64,000 bases of DNA from Paraspadella gotoi (lineage: Eukaryota; Animalia; Chaetognatha), in contig CM119270.1 in assembly GCA_051294375.1 (NCBI GenBank), positions 1,299,598-1,363,597 of the forward strand. Reading direction: 5' to 3'. Below the pieces are notes generated by a model, which made no database searches, was not told the DNA's origin, and saw nothing but the letters and a program-made list of their open reading frames with translations. The position numbers and the translations under genes were made by a program. This document shows, one piece after another, positions 63,790 to 64,000 of the stretch (its first letter is position 1; each line of letters starts with the position of its first letter).

Positions 63790-64000
63790 CGTATATTTTT
63801 ATTGTAGCAATGATAGAATTGTAAAGTGATTAACTCATCAAAATTTCAAAAAATTCGAAACTGTTTCCCAAACGAGACAATTATGCAAGCATTTGAATTT
63901 TTTTTTAAAAGGAAAACTCAGTTTTCTAAGACTTTCTAGTTTAATTTCGGCCATCACTTTAGAATAAATAGCCATAGATAATCTTTATCTTTATATTAAA

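Overview
AT-rich, microsatellite-dense eukaryotic (probably invertebrate animal) draft scaffold with no recognisable intact protein-coding gene, rRNA, tRNA gene or CRISPR array. Almost all ORF-track entries come from N-gaps or simple repeats. Much of the window is redundant. Eight gaps of exactly 25 N mostly sit beside noisy direct or inverted re-copies of other sequence in the window, and a ~6.3-kb block recurs at a constant 10,612-bp offset. This points to long-read gap-filling artefacts, so copy numbers here are unreliable. The clearest biological signal is a small retroelement cluster at ~31.2-32.2 kb (re-copied at ~41.8-42.8 kb). It contains a minimal type-I hammerhead ribozyme of the Penelope/retrozyme kind, followed ~80 nt later by a tRNA-derived SINE. 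A ~40-nt hairpin leader stays attached to that SINE at an independent locus (63.6-63.8 kb), and a related SINE lies back-to-back upstream. Also seen: a Helentron/HINE-like repeat, a 118-bp MITE with perfect 29-bp inverted ends, an E-box/ETS promoter-like cluster, two dense clusters of 5' splice-site motifs, a hairpin-rich ~550-nt unique segment and several minisatellites.
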